From NCBI RefSeq assembly GCF_009914755.1, contig NC_060948.1: 64,000 nucleotides of DNA. One strand, given 5' to 3'. This DNA is from the human T2T-CHM13v2.0 reference genome, Homo sapiens. Each line of letters opens with the position of its first letter. Position 1 is the stretch's first letter. The position numbers were made by a program, and so were the translations under genes. Positions 61,542 through 64,000 of this stretch are shown in pieces. Under the pieces are notes generated by a model. It was not told the DNA's origin. It saw only the letters and a list, made by a program, of their open reading frames with translations, and ran no database searches.

Positions 61542-62199
61542 GTGAGACAATGTTTTGCTATCCTCCTTAAAGAATTAGAAATTCCCGCATAAGAGAGTAT
61601 GAATTGATAACAAGAGGCATTATAGCTAAGATCAGGTTCATAACTGACAAAGTTGAAATAGATATGTAGGTAATCAAGCATTTTTAGTGATGTATATTAT
61701 GTGATTGCCGTTCAAGGCAGGCATAACTATTTTCCTCAGTCAGGAAATAAATACCACTAGCCAATGGGGCTAGGATCACACCTATTCCATATAAATAAAA
61801 CTTTGAATCTATCCTGTCTACTGTTTGATAAGCCTATGCAGATTATCAATTTTATGTGTTAGGCTTATAAAACTGTTATAATGATCCAAGGAATAATAGC
61901 AGCTGGTGGGGAGGGTGTTTTTATTTAAGCTTTCATTAGCAGACAAATAAGGATAGCAGAGAGTTCACTCCAGTTTTAATTCAAAAAGTATTTTGTGCCT
62001 ACATTTCAGAATCCTGGATGATTTGCTGCTAACAGCACTCTGAGGTCCTGCCATGGAACCTCCTATCTAGTGCAGCATTTGGGTTATTGAAGCCCTATCT
62101 TTTCAGTGCATCTATTTCATTTAAGTTTAAACTGATTACAATGTACTGGAGGCAAAGACCTTTTTCTTCCCCTCCCTCTTTTTATCCCCCACTCAACAG

Positions 62200-62258
62200 C
62201 TGATTGCAGTGCACTATGAGGACTGAATGACAGTGGGTTTTAATTCAGATATTTCAAG
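62200..62258 (+). other. PCDH11Y: 59-nt exon containing a uORF and the translation start
   Basis: Long polypyrimidine tract + 'caacag|'; consensus donor 'AAG|GTGAGT'. Confidence 0.88.
62227..62258 (+). CDS. PCDH11Y: Protocadherin-11 Y-linked, first coding segment (MTVGFNSDIS + 2 nt); CDS continues beyond the window
   Basis: Frame open from ATG 62227 to the donor; peptide matches the recalled PCDH11Y N-terminus MTVGFNSDISSVVRVN... Confidence 0.8.
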
Positions 62259-64000
62259 GTGAGTTTCATATATATTAAATATCATATACGTCTCCTTTCC
62301 TCTGGGTCTTTTCAGGAGTAGTAATTTTATCTGAACTCCAATTTTTCATGTTTGAGGCTTTCATTTTCTTAAAAGATTTGTTTTGAGTTTAAAATGTTAA
62401 CAGTGAGATTGGATGAGAGGAAGGGGAAGTCTATATTCCAATATACTGATATCATGTAGGGAGAGATGTAAAACAACAACAACAAAAATCCCACAAATTA
62501 TAGTAAGCATAATTTACCTAGATTGGCCTGGATGGCCACACATGTTGTCCGTGGATTGACAATTTCTAAAGAATTGACAGTTTACTGACGGTAAGCAATG
62601 AAGTTGTAAAGGCCCCTCTGGATCGTGCAAAGATGTCTTTAGGACCATGAGTTATCAGTGTACTGAAAAATTCCAGAAGTGCCTATTTTCAGAACAAATA
62701 CTTGTTCTGAATACTACAAGCACCCTAGGTAGAGAGACTGTTCTTCCTCAGTTTTGCATTTCCAATGCGTGGTGTACAGAACATACTTTACAAATAGACA
62801 CCAAACTAACAAACAAGAGAGTATTCTAATGAATAAATATATAGACTTTATTGCACTTGTAGGAATATGATTTGATTTAATAAACTAATAGGCTATCCCC
62901 CCAAATCTCCATTTAGATGAATAAAAAATGTTTAGGATTCTATTTAATTAAACCAAATTTAGAAGTAGTGTTCAGTTTCTTGCTTGGGAGGTTTTGATTT
63001 ATTCAAAAATCATTTAAGTTTGTCCACTTAGTGATTAGCGTGTACTCCAGTGCACCCCCACAACTTTGTCACAATACTCCAATAATGTAATACGCTTAAA
63101 AATAATATATTTAAATTATTTGTCACAAATACTCATTCTCAGTTTCTCTTGTCCATGTGGCAGAAGATACTGAAATATGTTCCCCTTGACATTGCTCAAA
63201 GAAGAAATCTCTTAAAAGTTCTAATCACTGTTAAATTTCTCAGACATTTTAAGCTTTAGAGAAGAAAGGATTTAAACAACTTTTTACATGATTCTTTTTC
63301 TTGTTCCCTTCTATTCCCTCCATTACTCCTCTGTCACTTCCATCATTCTCTCCAAGTATATAAATCCACTCTTTATGGTGCCTGGGACCTCCCAGATCCA
63401 GTAAATCTTCCCATCCCCTCCCTGTACCTTTCATTCCTTCAAGTTTTCCGTTCATTGAAGTCACTCTCAGTTCTGTTAGTTTTCCCAGATTTCTCCCTGT
63501 TCTCTTTGTGTGTCTATAATTCTTCCAAGTCTCTACCCAGTTTTTAAGTTCTCCATCTTTGTTGTCACCATAGTTTTCCCCAGTTAAGTTTTCATAACAG
63601 CTTGTTGCTCAGACTCTATGAGTACTTCTTATTTTGTTAGTTCGTCTCAATGCTCAAAATCATTCCTTCCCTCTCAATCATCCCTTTTCTCTCTTTAACA
63701 CCTTCATCCTTTCCATGTTTTCTCTGCAGTCTTTTCCATATCCTCTGCCCCTACCAGTTTCCCCTTGTGCCTCACAGTTCTTCCCAAATTATTCAAGTCC
63801 CTTGCAGGTAGTTGGAATATAATTCATCACATTATTTCCATATTTAGGAACAGCTTAAATTTACAAACTGCCATGAATAAAACAGTCTGTAGCTTAATCA
63901 TTGACAGTTTAATATAATCTTATTCTTTATTGTGGCATTATATATACACCACATTTTATAGACCTGTTATTTGTACCAGGTTTGGTTTTAAGATAACTTG

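Noticed and set aside
62216-62258. Assignment of the window to PCDH11X
   Set aside because: The X-type frame MRTERQW is interrupted by TGA here and the Y-type MTVGFNSDIS start is present; this rests on recalled sequences.

Overview
Primate, almost certainly human, genomic DNA: AT-rich and repeat-dense, with one CpG-island promoter (~29.4-32.8 kb). I read it as the 5' end of PCDH11Y in the X-transposed region of Yp11.2. Four + strand exons have GT-AG sites (~29760-30123, 60429-60597, 61436-61541, 62200-62258). The last opens with ATG-ACA-GTG-GGT-TTT-AAT-TCA-GAT-ATT-TCA (MTVGFNSDIS...), which I recall as the Y-type N-terminus; the X-type frame (MRTERQWVLIQIFQ) is cut here by a TGA at codon 5. 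This identity comes from memory and was not searched. Upstream lie a full-length inactivated L1PA3-type LINE-1 (2748-8926), a young mosaic AluYb/AluY, four solo LTRs and CTCF-like motifs. Intron 1 holds Alus, MSTA and THE1 LTRs, MIR/L2/MER relics and two U2 snRNA retrocopies. Best observations: one base that turns the ancestral start into a 4-codon uORF and creates an overlapping new ATG; a uATG-rich 5'UTR exon built from two transposon relics; a possible U2-Alu chimeric retrogene; and a MER41B LTR with altered STAT motifs. I found no evidence for a wholly new multi-gene system. The short ORFs in the track are mostly repeat-derived or chance.
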